This document shows positions 27,295 to 41,240 of a stretch of DNA of 64,000 nucleotides, piece by piece. The stretch is from Octopus vulgaris. Taxonomy: Eukaryota. The stretch lies in contig OX597825.1 of assembly GCA_951406725.2 (NCBI GenBank), positions 4,774,001-4,838,000 of the forward strand, in the 5' to 3' direction. Position numbers and translations under genes: made by a program. Numbering within the stretch: the stretch's first letter is position 1; each line of letters starts with the position of its first letter. The notes below the pieces were generated by a model. The model was not told where the DNA came from, searched no databases, and saw only the letters and a list, made by a program, of their open reading frames with translations.

Positions 27295-27833
27295 ATTTCT
27301 TTATTGGCCACACAGGGCTGCACACAGATGGGACAAGTTACAAGGTAGAGCTTTTCTTTTGGGGGATGAAGAGAACAAAAAACAAAAGAAAAAAAAGGGG
27401 GTGGCGTAGGTTTTCGATCAAGAGGGATCGTAAAAGGGAAGAAAAGAACAAAAAAAAAATTGAATAAAAGAAAAAGAATAAAAAGAAAAAAAAAGAAAAA
27501 AGGAAAAGGAACAAAAGGAAAGAGAAATGAAAAAAGAAGAAAAAAGGGGAAAAAAAGGGGAAGAGGAAAAAAAAAGAACGATCAATAGGGATCGTGTAAC
27601 ACAGTGTTATGATATATGGTGTAAAGGGGAAAGCAAGTAAGGTTTATCCGTGGGAAGAAAAGCCTACGAAAAAGACCACGGTAACCTTGGTCAATATTGT
27701 TATATGTTACCACATTTGTTTGCAAGTGGGTAACCCTCTGTTTTCAATTTCTGGGTTCATAGGATTATGCTCAAGGTGGCTTCGTCATTCATACGTGCCA
27801 TCCTTGCTACATTCACCCATCTTTTTTTAAAAC

Positions 27834-27835
<2 letters not shown>
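27295..27835 (-). mobile_element. 3' end of a LINE (Tx1/L1-like) inserted in (GATA)n
   Basis: Minus strand encodes CFKKRWVNVARMARMNDEATLSIIL*, followed by a pyrimidine-rich 3' UTR ending gccctgtgtggccaataaagaaat. (GATA)n on both sides. Clade assignment rests only on the F-x-x-R-W C-terminal motif. Confidence 0.55.
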
Positions 27836-27911
<76 letters not shown>

Positions 27912-27978
27912 GGATAGAAATACACGAACAGACAAACGTACATGTACACTGCCAACTGCATGCATTGAAACACACACA

Positions 27979-28051
<73 letters not shown>

Positions 28052-28981
28052 GCATACATGTGTGTATGGGGAGAAAGAGAGAGAGAGCGGGCAGAGAACA
28101 AGTCAAATATATAAACATACTGTAACATTCATCATCTGTTTTACGAAGCCCAGCTCAGCAGTTTTACGTATCATATTAAATTTTTACAAAACCCCACGTT
28201 CCCAGCGTGACAGCGGTTACCCGTAAAACGCAAATTACATTTCAGCTGTATCTTTCTAAACATTTTTTTTTACATTCTGCTATTACTTTTTTATTATTTT
28301 ATTTTGGTATCTTTGTTTTGTTTTTTTTTTGTTTACTCATTTTTCGTGCTTTTAGGAAATGAATACCTACGTGAAGACAAGTTGTCGTTACATTCAATTT
28401 ATTTCGCTCTTAAATACTTACGAAAATTCACATCAACCGTACTAAATGCCCTAATCCGATCTCACCATTGACATCTGCTCTAAATATGTGCTGAAATCTG
28501 TCGCTTGCATTACACTTTTCTAAAACCCTTATAATGGACCAACAAACAAACAAATGAAAAACAAACAAACATATCTTCGTTCGTCTTTATTTACATATGT
28601 TCTCCTCCTCCCTGCCTCTCTCACGCTCCCTGATCATCTCTGAGTTTCTCTTTATTTCTGTATATCGCATCCCTCCCCTTTTCTTTCGCTTTTTTTTACC
28701 TTTTGCTTTTCCCTTCATCTCTTACTGCATTTATTCACAAATGTCTGTTTTATTGTATACGTTTGGATTCGCTTTTTAATCCGAAACGTAAACAAGCTTG
28801 GTCGGTTGGTGTGTGTTAAGTACACATACACAAATGATTAAGAAATGTGTTCTTCGTAACTATTATACACTTATAAAGTCGTCAAGTGAAATTCAAGCGC
28901 CGTTATCTTTCAGCGTGACCACGGTCGCTCGTTCAAATTGCCTTCATAGCAATCACATACATACATACATACATATATATA

Positions 28982-29040
<59 letters not shown>

Positions 29041-29088
29041 ATATTTCGGAATGGTCATATTGCCAGTTTAGCCAACAAATATTTAAAC

Positions 29089-29425
<337 letters not shown>

Positions 29426-29430
29426 GTGTA

Positions 29431-29504
<74 letters not shown>

Positions 29505-29507
<3 letters not shown>

Positions 29508-30076
29508 GCATGCATGAAGTAAATAGACACCTTTAATTTTCAAAATTTCTGATATAAGCGTTCTAATGTTTTCAGCGGTGTAGAATTTACTATATAACTA
29601 TTCCTTTTCATTCCAGGTGCCATTATATTAAACATTTCCGAAGGGTAACCATGCCACGCACAAAAAAATTCAGCAGAACTGTCAGATTTTCAAGGAGGTC
29701 GTATTTTTGGGCAATCTGAGCCTGGTCTTAGCCAGCAAAAAATTGTCGAAAATGTTCGAATTCCTCTTGCTACTGTTAATGGAATTATGGTGCAATTCAA
29801 AAGCCAAGGAAAAGAATCAACATATTCTGATCTCGTCCCACCTGGGTCCTCGGAAAGAAAGCTTCGATGTTTGAAGAGAATTGTGGAAAACGAACCCCAT
29901 TCGAAGGCTTCTGGCATTGCAAAACAGCTAGAAGTTAATGCAAGAACGTGTGTTACATATCTGCATAAGCTTAGGTATTATAGACGAACAGCTAGAAGAA
30001 AACCTCTCCTTCAACCAATTAATATCAAATACAAGATTTTGAAAATTAAGGTGTCTATTTACTTCCTGCATGTCTG
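29505..30076 (+). mobile_element. Internally deleted Tc1-like DNA transposon
   Basis: About 41-bp TIRs (caggcatgcatgaagtaaatagacacctttaattttcaaaat vs reverse complement of 30036-30076). From ATG 29651, with one frameshift: MPRTKK/SAELSDFQGGRIFG...IPLATVNGI...ARRKPLL, a Tc1 N-terminal HTH region. DDE domain absent. Confidence 0.85.
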
Positions 30077-30095
30077 TCTATATATACATATACAT

Positions 30096-30230
<135 letters not shown>

Positions 30231-30238
30231 TATGTACG

Positions 30239-30892
<654 letters not shown>

Positions 30893-30899
30893 ATATATA

Positions 30900-31247
30900 T
30901 GAAATTCAGTTGAATTCGGTACTTAAGTTGAAGCACCAAGTCAGTCTGGTATTATCTGCACAGCTCGAAGGTGAATAAAATCGAAATAAGCAACAGGATA
31001 TCAAGCAGTGATGCAGTACGACCATTTCAAGCGAATCCATTTAATTGAACAATGCAATCATTACATCAATATTAACATAATTTTTCTCAAATTTGAGAAA
31101 AATTATATTGTGTCCGACTGGTTAAAATTGTATTTACTTATTTGTGCAGCTGAAGATGGCACTGCATTTAAATTGATGTAATGATTGCATTGTTCAATTA
31201 ATGGAATCGCTTGAGACGGTCGTACTGCATCTCTACTTGATTTCCTG
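30900..31247 (+). mobile_element. Fold-back Penelope-like fragment with HHR-like motif
   Basis: Inverted arms 30994-31070 / 31172-31247. Perfect 30-bp palindrome at 31077-31106. Motif UGCAG CUGAAGA...GAGA C GGUC GUA CUGCA at 31145-31229. Confidence 0.6.
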
Positions 31248-31271
31248 AATGTATGTATGTATGCATGTATG

Positions 31272-31305
<34 letters not shown>

Positions 31306-32032
31306 TGTATGTATGCATATGTGTGTATATGAGAGTGTAAAACATGGTGTAGAGATCTTAAAAATTACAGAATAGACGTTAGAATGTTCTCAATGTACTT
31401 TCAGTGGAGCACTAGGGTTTATAATGTAAGTTCCTACCCAAAACTGCTGGCTTTGTACCAAAATATGAAACCAATATATTTTGTAAACTAGGACTCTCGT
31501 ACATCTCAAAACCCCTTTTAGATATACCGTGACGAGAAATGGTAAAAGCGTATCACTACGTGGCCCTCCAGCAGCGGTCTTAAACAGCGTTGTGTGAGGT
31601 TTTTCCTTCCAACGTATTCAGTTATGTATCATGCTGTTTGACGTCTTATTATTCGTACGCTGTTGGTCTCCAGATTTTTTATGGCATCCTTTTTCTTTTA
31701 AATGAACTATTCAAAAGAGGTAGGGCAGTATTCATGACATCTGCAGGCCCGCCCAGACTAAACTGATTGATGCAGTGTCTGTTGGGTAAGAACACCTGTA
31801 CGTTGCTATTTGGCAAACGATACGAGGGCGGAGAAAAATGTTCTAAAAGTGTTCTTCTAGGGGTTAGTAATTCTAGACCCAGAGGACAGTTTGAAATGTC
31901 TAGAATGTGATTTGGGAGGGACATAAAACAAGAGTGGCAGGGAAAAAGGCAAATGGGCGTGTTTGGTTGGGATAGTAGGAGCAAGTGCATCATAACAAGC
32001 TAACTACCTTTGAACAGTTGTGTGTGTTCTTG

Positions 32033-32305
32033 TGAAGACACGTGGCTTAGTGGTTAGGGCATTCGGCTCACGGTCGTGTGTTCAATTCCCGGCGACGCGT
32101 TGTGCCCTTGAGGAAAACACTTTACTTCCCATTGCTCCTGTCCACTCAGCTGGCAAAAATGAGTAGTACGTGTTTTTCAAAGGGGCCAGCCTTGTCACAC
32201 TCTGTGCCACGTTGAATCTCCCTGAGAACTACGTCGAGGGTATACGTGTCTGTAGAGTGCTCAGCCACTTGCACGTTTATTTCCCGAGTAATCTGTTCCA
32301 TTGAT
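32033..32305 (+). mobile_element. Family C SINE
   Basis: A-box tggcttagtgg, B-box-like gttcaattcc, CORE-like gtgcccttgaggaaaacacttta, then gtccactcagctggcaaaaatgagta. Confidence 0.85.
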
Positions 32306-33079
32306 ATATACACATATATATTGTGGCCCAAAATTAGGTTTACAGTTATCACGTAGGCACTATGAATTTCTCTTAAAACATTTTATTACATTTAAACTTC
32401 TATCTGACAAACTGAAAATGGACCTTGACGAAATTAACTAAATTAGCATAGAATAAAGGGTTTCATATATTATAATAATTGATATTTAAACTGTTAATAT
32501 ATGAATTCGAAAGAGATGCCCACTCTGTATATGTATTAACATACACAAAACCAGTGCAAGAATAGAACATATATATAGTTTTGTGTTTGAATAAATATAT
32601 TTCTCCGGGTGATTTATTCACTAAATATGTGGACTGGCACCTGTACCACCATGCAGAATTGGATCTCAGCAACCCACATCTGATTTTTTTTACGTCTGGG
32701 TGTAAAATAGAAACTTTGGAAACTGGTGTGTCTCAATTCACTTCAGTTAATAAGTATGTATATTACTATGTATATCACCTAGATTTCAGCAATAAAGACG
32801 ACTTGTTACTCCGACTCAAGGTCTCTATGTTTGTCAAGGTCTCAAGGTTGGTAACGCGAGGTTTATTTTATCTAGTCCGCTGCAACTTCAGGAGTATGTA
32901 TGACAAGCTTTGCATGCATAGGCGCCTGCTAGTTTCCCTTAAAAACTGCCCATGTTTGCACATGTGTATATAGATGCTTGTTCAACTATTAACAGATGGC
33001 AACCCAATAATGAAACCATGACTATGCACAAGTTTAACACTTCATGAAAAAGTTTGTGTATTACTATAATTCTATCTTG

Positions 33080-33224
33080 TTGTGTCTAGGGAGGGTCATC
33101 GTGCTAATATAATTAACACACACACTGGTTCAATTCCGATTTTAATCGAACATTTAATAAGTAAGTGGAATTGAACGAGTGTGTGTGTTAATTATATTGG
33201 CAAGATGACCCTCCCTAGACACAA
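33080..33224. repeat. Long inverted repeat (58-bp arms, 29-bp spacer)
   Basis: 33080-33137 vs reverse complement of 33167-33224 shows 3 mismatches. Confidence 0.9.
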
Positions 33225-34399
33225 TAAAATTTTTGTTTCAACCCACCAATTCAGTCAAAGACACAAGATATATGTATGCATGTATGTATGTATGTATTTA
33301 TGTATGTATGTATATATGCATGTATGCATGTATGTATGTATGTATTTATGTACGTATGTATATATGTATGTATGTATGTATGTATGTAAGCATGCATGTG
33401 TGTATGTATGTAAGCATGTGTGCACGTATAAGTATGTGCGTATGTATACATATGCGCATATAATTGTATATATTGCGTACGCACGTACACTGCAGGACAA
33501 TTTGTGTCAGTCAGCATTCATTCATCCACATACATGCATGCATACATACATGCATACATACATACGTACGTACATACATTTATAAATATATATATATATA
33601 TACACACACACATATATACATGTGTGTGTGTAGATAGAGAAATAAATAGATACATAGATTCACATATGTAATTATGCATGTACGTATGTATATGCATGTA
33701 TATAATCATTTGTTTTACGCACTAACAGCAGCGTTTCTTATATCAAATAACACACACACACACACATACACACACACAAGTACACACACATACACACATT
33801 TTCAGCCCTCATACAGTTTTAATGAGATTACAAAATAGTGTTTACATTTGTACAGTTCTTCCTTCTCAGCAGTGGCGTTGGACAATTTAAAATATTTGGA
33901 AAACTTAATATTATTTTAACGTGTCAATTTGCCCACCCACTTTTTACCCTTCACGGGCCCTTTTCGTATGAGAAATTTTGCACCGGACGACAGTTCGCAA
34001 TGTCAGCTTTCCTGAATTAAAAATTAGCCTGATTGGCATTCTGGTAGACAAGATTTCCTTGGCTTGGTGTTGTACGGAGATGAATTAAAGCAGTACAGGC
34101 GCACTTTGTGTTTATATAAATTAAAGAATATGTCTGTAAGTTAAAATATGGGACATGAAAAAAAAAAGCTATTTAAATAATTTTTCAGTTAGGAGGGAAA
34201 CCAGTGGCAAGTACTCGTTTGCGAGACTCTGAGGCAGGTAAGAAAGCGATGTCTTCGGATTTCAAATGTCGAATTCGTTTTTCTCAAACGACGCACCGTT
34301 TCAGAGCCTTCGGGGCTGAACAGAAATACATAACCACATGCACTCTCATTTATATAGCAGAATATTACTTACTAGGTATGGAAGAGGAGAAGGATATTG

Positions 34400-34670
34400 A
34401 TGATGGTGATGATGATGATGATGATGAGGAGGAGGAGGAGGAGGAGGAGGGAGAGAAGAGAGAGGAGAGGGAGAGGAGGGGGAGAGAAGGAGGAAGAAAA
34501 GGAGGATGAAGTGGGGAAGAAGTAGAGGAAAATGAGGAAGTGGAAGAAGAAGAAGAAAAAAAAGAAGTGGAAGAAGAAGCGGAGGAGGGAGAGGAAGAAG
34601 ACGAAGAAAGGGAGGAAGGGGAAGAAGAGGAGGAGGCAGAGGAGGAAGAAAAAGAAGAAGAAGAAGGTGT
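34400..34670. repeat. Purine-rich (GAT/GAG/GAA)n low-complexity tract
   Basis: Directly visible; produces poly-E ORFs. Confidence 0.9.
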
Positions 34671-36141
34671 GAAGGGGAGGAGTTGGTGGTGGTGGAGCAA
34701 ACATCGCTTACGATCTTTATGATCAAGCTGTGAAAGGGATGCTGGAGGACCAACCGGAAAAATATTCCAAAAGAAAAGAAACCTCTTAGTTTAAAATAGT
34801 AAAACAATGGTTAAGTGGGCCTTCATTGTTGAATTGTTCCGGGTCAGCCTTAACTGGACAACTCAAGCTTAACTGCGCTCAGAACGATACAACCATAACC
34901 ATATCATCCTGTCTTAGGGGCATTGTGCATTATCAAGAACCCCAAACATCGATGCGTCTACCTCGATTCAAAACGGGTAGTTTGTAAATTAAGTTGAAAT
35001 TTGGTTACCACTTCTTGTAGATGAAGTAACCTGGAAGAGACTTTACATTTGGCGCAATTATTCTTTATTTTGCTGTTTAGCTCCAAGTGCGCATCTAGCA
35101 TCCTAGCCATCACTGTCCATCTTTTCGCCCTCTACGTTAATGTTGTTTTTCCTTATTTAAGTACGCGGCGTGGGATTTGAGGACGATTTACCATTTGTTT
35201 CTGATAGGTTAAATGACCCGATAGAAGTTCCCTCGTTCGCTCATTCAGTCACCATTGCTGTTGTTATGACTTTTATTGTTGTCGTTGTTGTTGTTTTGTT
35301 ATTGTTCTTCATATTGTTTATTCCCAGATCAACCCCTTACTGTAAAGTCTTATATTATATTCATATTATTCTATTCATAACTACCCCGTCTTTTTCCTTT
35401 GCCCACAAACCCAGAACTAATTATTCAACGAATACCTGCTTTTTAAAAAGGCAGAATGTGATTTGAGAAATATTTAGCTGCTATTTCGAGATAGATGAAT
35501 GACCACATTGACGCTCTTTCATTTGCTCGATCGGGTTACAGTTTGTCCTACTGATTATGTAACTGTTTAAGTTATTTAATCAACAACTTGCTACGACATT
35601 TAAACTTAATTCCGTTCTTATTGTATCACTCAGTTCGCACAGAGGATGAAAGTAAAACAACTTTTCACAAATGAAGAATTAAGTGTTAAGATTAAAATGT
35701 AAAACGATATTAGAGAATCTAAGCACCAACCCATCTGTGGGTAGTGTTTCTCTTATCTATCTTGGTGCTTAAAATGTAGAATATCAAGTCTTCTTACATC
35801 TGGCATAGATGTCGTTTGACATGTGTGTGGTTAGAAGATACTAAATAAACACATATTCATGAATCGAGTTATGTATTTGTGTGTATGAGAGTAAGTATGT
35901 GTGTTTGTATGCTTATATGTGTATAGTTATATTCAACAGTACCAGCGCCAAGCAATGTTTCGTCATAAGCGAACATTAGGTTAGATACACACACAGACAC
36001 AGACAAACGTACACACACAGACGGTGAAACACAGAGAGAGAGAGGCAGAGAGAAAGGTGAAGAAGTACTTAGAGAGAGATGCCTGGCTGAATTGAGGGAG
36101 GGAAAGATGGTCAGAAGGGGTGACTTGGTAAAAAAAATAGT

Positions 36142-36192
<51 letters not shown>

Positions 36193-37594
36193 AAGAGAGA
36201 GCATTTGCGCTCGCGTGTATGTAACGCTTAGTTTTTTTTTACCTCCGAAAGAAACACCATTTCATATATGCGAATCATTTCGGGATTAAGCTCTATCGTT
36301 ACTCTCAGTTTAACGCACATTAAGTAAATGCTTGATCTGTCGAGCAGTATGCGGTGAAGAAACATATGTCAGCAACTAACTACGTAGACCGATACTCATT
36401 GGTCGATAATTGCAGATCGTGAAGCACAGGCAACTGATACACATAAGTCATTCGATCTGAAGGCTCTTGATGTGAATAAACGGGCTTTGGATTCTCAGGT
36501 ATTAGCACGCAGACACCTCTGAATGAAACTCTTCCGATGTTGACAGTGAGGAAGTAACTCTGACTTTTCAATATACAATAAACGGAAATCAAAGGTATCA
36601 TCTAGTTACTGTGGGGAGAAGTGTCTGTTTCTGTGTAGCTTCTAGGTGTTCGAAGGCATTATTCTATTGACTCACATCTTTAACCAATAGAGGGACTGTG
36701 TATCAGCAAGTATTTCATTCTTGCTGACCATAGGTCTGAATTGGGAAATCTCCCTTACAATATAGCAGATGTACATCTTTAATCTGCAACGTAATCAATT
36801 ATTTGGCTCATGGCATTCAACGGGAATAGAGCTTCATTCAGCACAGTGTTTAAGTGATTACCAACAAGTTTCACATGTTCAAAACTTCGAAATGCAATGT
36901 GGGAAGAGTCGACTCATGACTATTATACATGTGCGTCTTTTTAGCGTCAAAAATAAATATATTTTAAGAAATGATCTCTAGTGCCGTAGTGCGAAATTAC
37001 ACGTTCCAATCGTTTTAAAACAGCAGAAAAAAAATGAACTATACCATAATATAGAATTACGATAATAAAACAAAAAAAAAAACGGAGAATAACAAAAAAC
37101 AATCTGTTATTTCTGTTTCGGCATTGACCAATTATTTCTACGAGTGAGCCGGGAAAAGTAGTGGTGAAACGTAACAACTCATTTTACCTAATTCTAGCGA
37201 TGTCAGCAAGTTTGGTGAATTGAGATGGAAAAATAAACATTCTCAGAATATGTTGGTGCACTTTTACTTCATCACATGAATTTATTTTCCTTTTTCTTTC
37301 TTCTTTTCATTCTTTTATGTATTTATTTCCTTCGTGCGTTTCCAATCTTTCGTGAAAAGTCGACTCCATTACGTCCAAAATGTAGCAGATCAGCAACGAA
37401 TTCTTAGTTGAAATACGTGTTGATTGGGATATAAACGTCTGCAGAGAATTAATGATTCCTGTCTTTCAACATATCCAGCAATTTAATACATGTTTATCAC
37501 GCAACTGGTGTCAACGAATTACTTTAATTTTCAAACAATTTTCTTCATGTTTGCCAATAGATAAACATTGCAAAATGAATACTTACATGGCGCT

Positions 37595-37870
37595 TCATTA
37601 CCGTGCGTGCGTAAGCGAAAGCAGGGTAGTGTAATCACTCGTTTTTGTCTGTTTGTCTTTGTGTTTGCAAAATTACTGGAAAACGGCTGAACAAATTTTC
37701 ACCACCGTTGACGGAGATACTCATTGGGTGAGTGGCTCGAAATGATAAACATTTGGTTTGATTACCTTTAGAAGAAAAATAAAAACCTTTTTTTTTAAAT
37801 CGAACTTACAAATTTCCTGATATTATTTTGTTCACTTTCTTTTTCATATGGATCGGCCCTCGTCTGCGTG
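37595..37870 (+). mobile_element. Possible Helentron-associated (HINE/DINE-like) remnant
   Basis: Layout ttcattaccg...gcgaaagcagggtag, then a gtctgtttgtct tract, then aaaacggctgaacaaattttcacc, resembling HINE 5' ends (recall only). Confidence 0.35.
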
Positions 37871-39004
37871 CGTATAGATCATTGTGTACCTATGCGCGTA
37901 GTCACGTGTGCGTACATACATACATACATACATACATACATACATACATACATACATACATACATACATACAGATATACATACATATATAAACAGATATG
38001 CGACAGTGTGTATGTATATGTGCGCGTGTGTGTGTGTGTAGTGATGGATTCGGGGGTTACGTTTACTAACGACTTGATTTCTTAATACCTATAATGGTAA
38101 TACTTAAAAAAAACTATCCAGTTCAATGAAAAAACATGGGTAAGCAACACATTGTAAGCCACACTATAATTTGCGAAAAAAATTATTTGCGCACAGGGTA
38201 GGAATCTCCCCTCTCATGATTTTTTTACATAATTTGGATGATTTGACAGCAAGTTACCTTGGTGAGTACGTTACCAATGAAGATGTCCGAATATTATATT
38301 TCCCTAGCGGCATATAACGTCCTAACGTTACACTGTTATATGTAGTGGCTATTTAAGCAATGAGTTCGTGGGTGATTAATGGGTTAGTTAGATGGGTGCT
38401 GATAAAGGGCCAAAAGCTGTCGAAATAAGGCATATACGCTCATTACCCGTTTCTCATCTCATTGTTTATTTACATCTGCGCGATTAGTATAAGAAACGTC
38501 GTAACAAGGTGAGTGCTGGCTATAATTTCTATAAAAAATCTGTAGAGATGACCTTATCACGTGATTTAAATGCACTGCTAACACAGTAGTACATGGTGTT
38601 GACTTATAACAACGTTTAATATGCTTTGTGGCACATTATGTTTCCATAACGAAATACCGTATGAAAATTGCTATTTTTAAATCTCACAACGTGAGATATT
38701 CAGCAACAGTACTTTGTAGTAAAGATTGTTTGCCAACTTAACACGGCAGTCCTGGTTTAGGACTAATGTTGCTGTAATTTAGTCCCAGGAGACATCGTCT
38801 CCAGTTGGCTATACGACACGACCTGTCTCCTTATATTTTCGAACAAGGGAATCTAGCACCCCCACTCAGCTCGAAACAATATCTGTGTATCATAATTTCT
38901 GGGTCATTTCTCTTCATCAGCACAAAATAATTGCACAGCAACATTAGTCCTAAACCTTTACTACAAAATATGGTGTGCCTACAAGTCATCAAAATATTAA
39001 ATAT

Positions 39005-39172
39005 AGGCACAGGCGTGGCTGTGTGGTATAAAATTTGCTTCCCAACCACAAGGTTTCAGATTCAGTCCCACTGCACGACACTTTGGACAGATGTCTTCTA
39101 CCATAGCCTCGGGTCGGTCAAAGCCTTGTGGGTCGATTTGCTAGACGAAAACTGAAAGAAACTCGTCGTATA
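39005..39172 (+). mobile_element. Family B SINE 5' half
   Basis: ggcacaggcgtggctgtgtggta...aaactgaaagaaactcgtcg. Confidence 0.8.
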
Positions 39173-39174
39173 TA

Positions 39175-39369
39175 CACGAGGAGTTGCTCAAAAGTTCCTG
39201 GTTTCTTGTAAAAGGAAATACAGGAGGATTTTATTCAATATATTCCCCTCTCAGATACACACACTCATTGCAGTAGCCCTTCAGTTTTTCTAAGCCCTGG
39301 AAAAGAACTCGGAAAGTCAGGCCTTTCGCGAAACCTTCAAAGCCAGGAACTTTTCAGCAGCCACTCGTA
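39175..39369. mobile_element. Mariner-type MITE inserted at TA in the SINE's internal (TA) tract
   Basis: TIRs cacgaggagttgctcaaaagttcctgg / ccaggaacttttcagcagccactcgta. Second copy at 59507-59708. Confidence 0.75.
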
Positions 39370-39720
39370 GATCGTTGCAGTATAGAAGGAGGTTTTGTGG
39401 GAGATGAATCCGAATCTTGGACTAGGACAGATTGTGCATCGGAGAAAGATCCATCGAAACACGCCCTGATGGGGCAACCCACAGATTCAAGAGATAGCGA
39501 CTAATGAGAAATAAATGAATGCAGTTTTCTTGTCTTTAGTCATTATCCAGGACCAATTAAAGACGAAAGTAAAATGAAATGGTTCTAATTAGCAAATAAT
39601 CAAAGAGATTGTCAATATGAGACCTGGTAAATATATTTTCTGTCTGTATCAGCAATTATATATTGCAGGTAACACAGTTTAAAACTACTTTTAGAAGTTT
39701 GAACATAAACAGATACAATG

Positions 39721-39798
<78 letters not shown>

Positions 39799-40789
39799 TG
39801 TGTGTGTGTATGTGTGTGCGTTTACAAGTCTAGTAGTCGGTTGATGTCATGTTACTGGCAGTTTACACACACACACAAACACACATACACACACACACAC
39901 ACATGCTATTGTGCATTGTGTGAGCGTGTGTATGCGTATGTGTTGAGAGAGAGAGAGAGCGAGTGAGTGAGTGAGTGAGTGAGTGAAAGAGAGATTAAAA
40001 ATCTGTAGTTTAAAGTATCGTGGGAATCCATATTAATCCCCGCTGGAAAACCGTTTCATAAGACTCACACTCGATCTGTAACATCTGGTCCCCAGTCTTT
40101 CCATGTTCTTTAGTCATCGTGTTTCTTATTGGTAAACAAATCCTGTATAAATTTAACCAACAACGGGAAGAAATACTTCTAAATTTAAACCCATCCCTAT
40201 TTGTGTCCCTTAGTTCCATTGTATGTAGGGACCAACAGTTGGTTTTCTTATCAAAGTAGAACAAATCCTACATCTGGCTGTAATATTGCTAAAGTTGTTG
40301 TTCTTGGTTACATGACACTAAATAAATACATTTGAACGCACGTATTGATACACAAACACGCAAGCATATATTTTCGTGTATATATGTTTATATGTATACG
40401 CACACACACATTCACAGAATTACGTTCATAGTGGAAGTTAAATCGTGACCGAGTAAGATATCTTCCCAAACTCAGAAGTGTGTAAAGTGGAAGCGGAACT
40501 ATTTTGAAAATGTTCCGTGAGTCGAAGAAGGTTTTGTGCGTGAATTTGTTTCGAGTGGATAAAGCGTTCCACTCTACTGAACCCACTTTCCAACGCAATC
40601 GCCAATAACGCTGGTGGCACACGACAGGTAGACTACCTAAACTCATCTTCACTTCAGATATTTTATGCGAGTTTTCCTTCACCATGAAGAAAGTCGTAAC
40701 GAGAACTAGAGGTCCTTTATTCCAAGTAGTTCACATGCTAGTTAAACCCTTGCTAGGACCTTTACAGGTGTTACAGCTCAAGGTCAAAG

Positions 40790-41240
40790 AGCGAATTTGG
40801 GCCGACTATGAAGGAGAGATGTTGGAGCTATGAAATCCTGCAGGCATTCATTTCAACTCTTCTTATTGTTTTCCACGGATCAAACAATTCTCTTTTGTCA
40901 CATCTGACATACACTAACCCCTCTGCACCCTAGACGACTTGTACCGGATATCCTCCCTCATGCACAACTCTTTTTTGATGGTGCATTGTGAAACGCTGGG
41001 GTCCTTTGCAACGGCTCTGATTGACATCCACAGATATTTTATCGATTATTTATTGGACAATTTGTAAAAAGCTATGTATTCTGTTGGTATTAGAAACCTG
41101 TGCATGCGTTTTGCGTTCAGATACAGTTGCCGGCTCCCCGTCAGCAGCTTCCAACTACTTTCGAACTTTGACAACGAAGGATCGGCCAACTTTCAGAAGC
41201 AAGCTGTCTATTTATCGTGATACAGCGCTCTTAAGTCAAC
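40790..41240 (-). pseudogene. Decayed Tc1/mariner transposase fragment
   Basis: Minus-strand pieces read KVGRSFVVKVRK.LEAADGEPATVSERKTH...IIDK...EDIRYKS...SDVTKENCLIR, resembling Tc1/mariner N-terminal regions. Many stops and frameshifts. Confidence 0.5.

Noticed and set aside
34204-34722. Acidic poly-D/E ORFs
   Set aside because: Purine-rich simple repeat with no supported exon structure.
35720-35771. 10-bp inverted repeat taagcaccaa/ttggtgctta
   Set aside because: Too short and single-copy in this window to call an element.
36330-36750. Possible RTE/LINE coding remnant
   Set aside because: Only vague similarity; no unambiguous motif.
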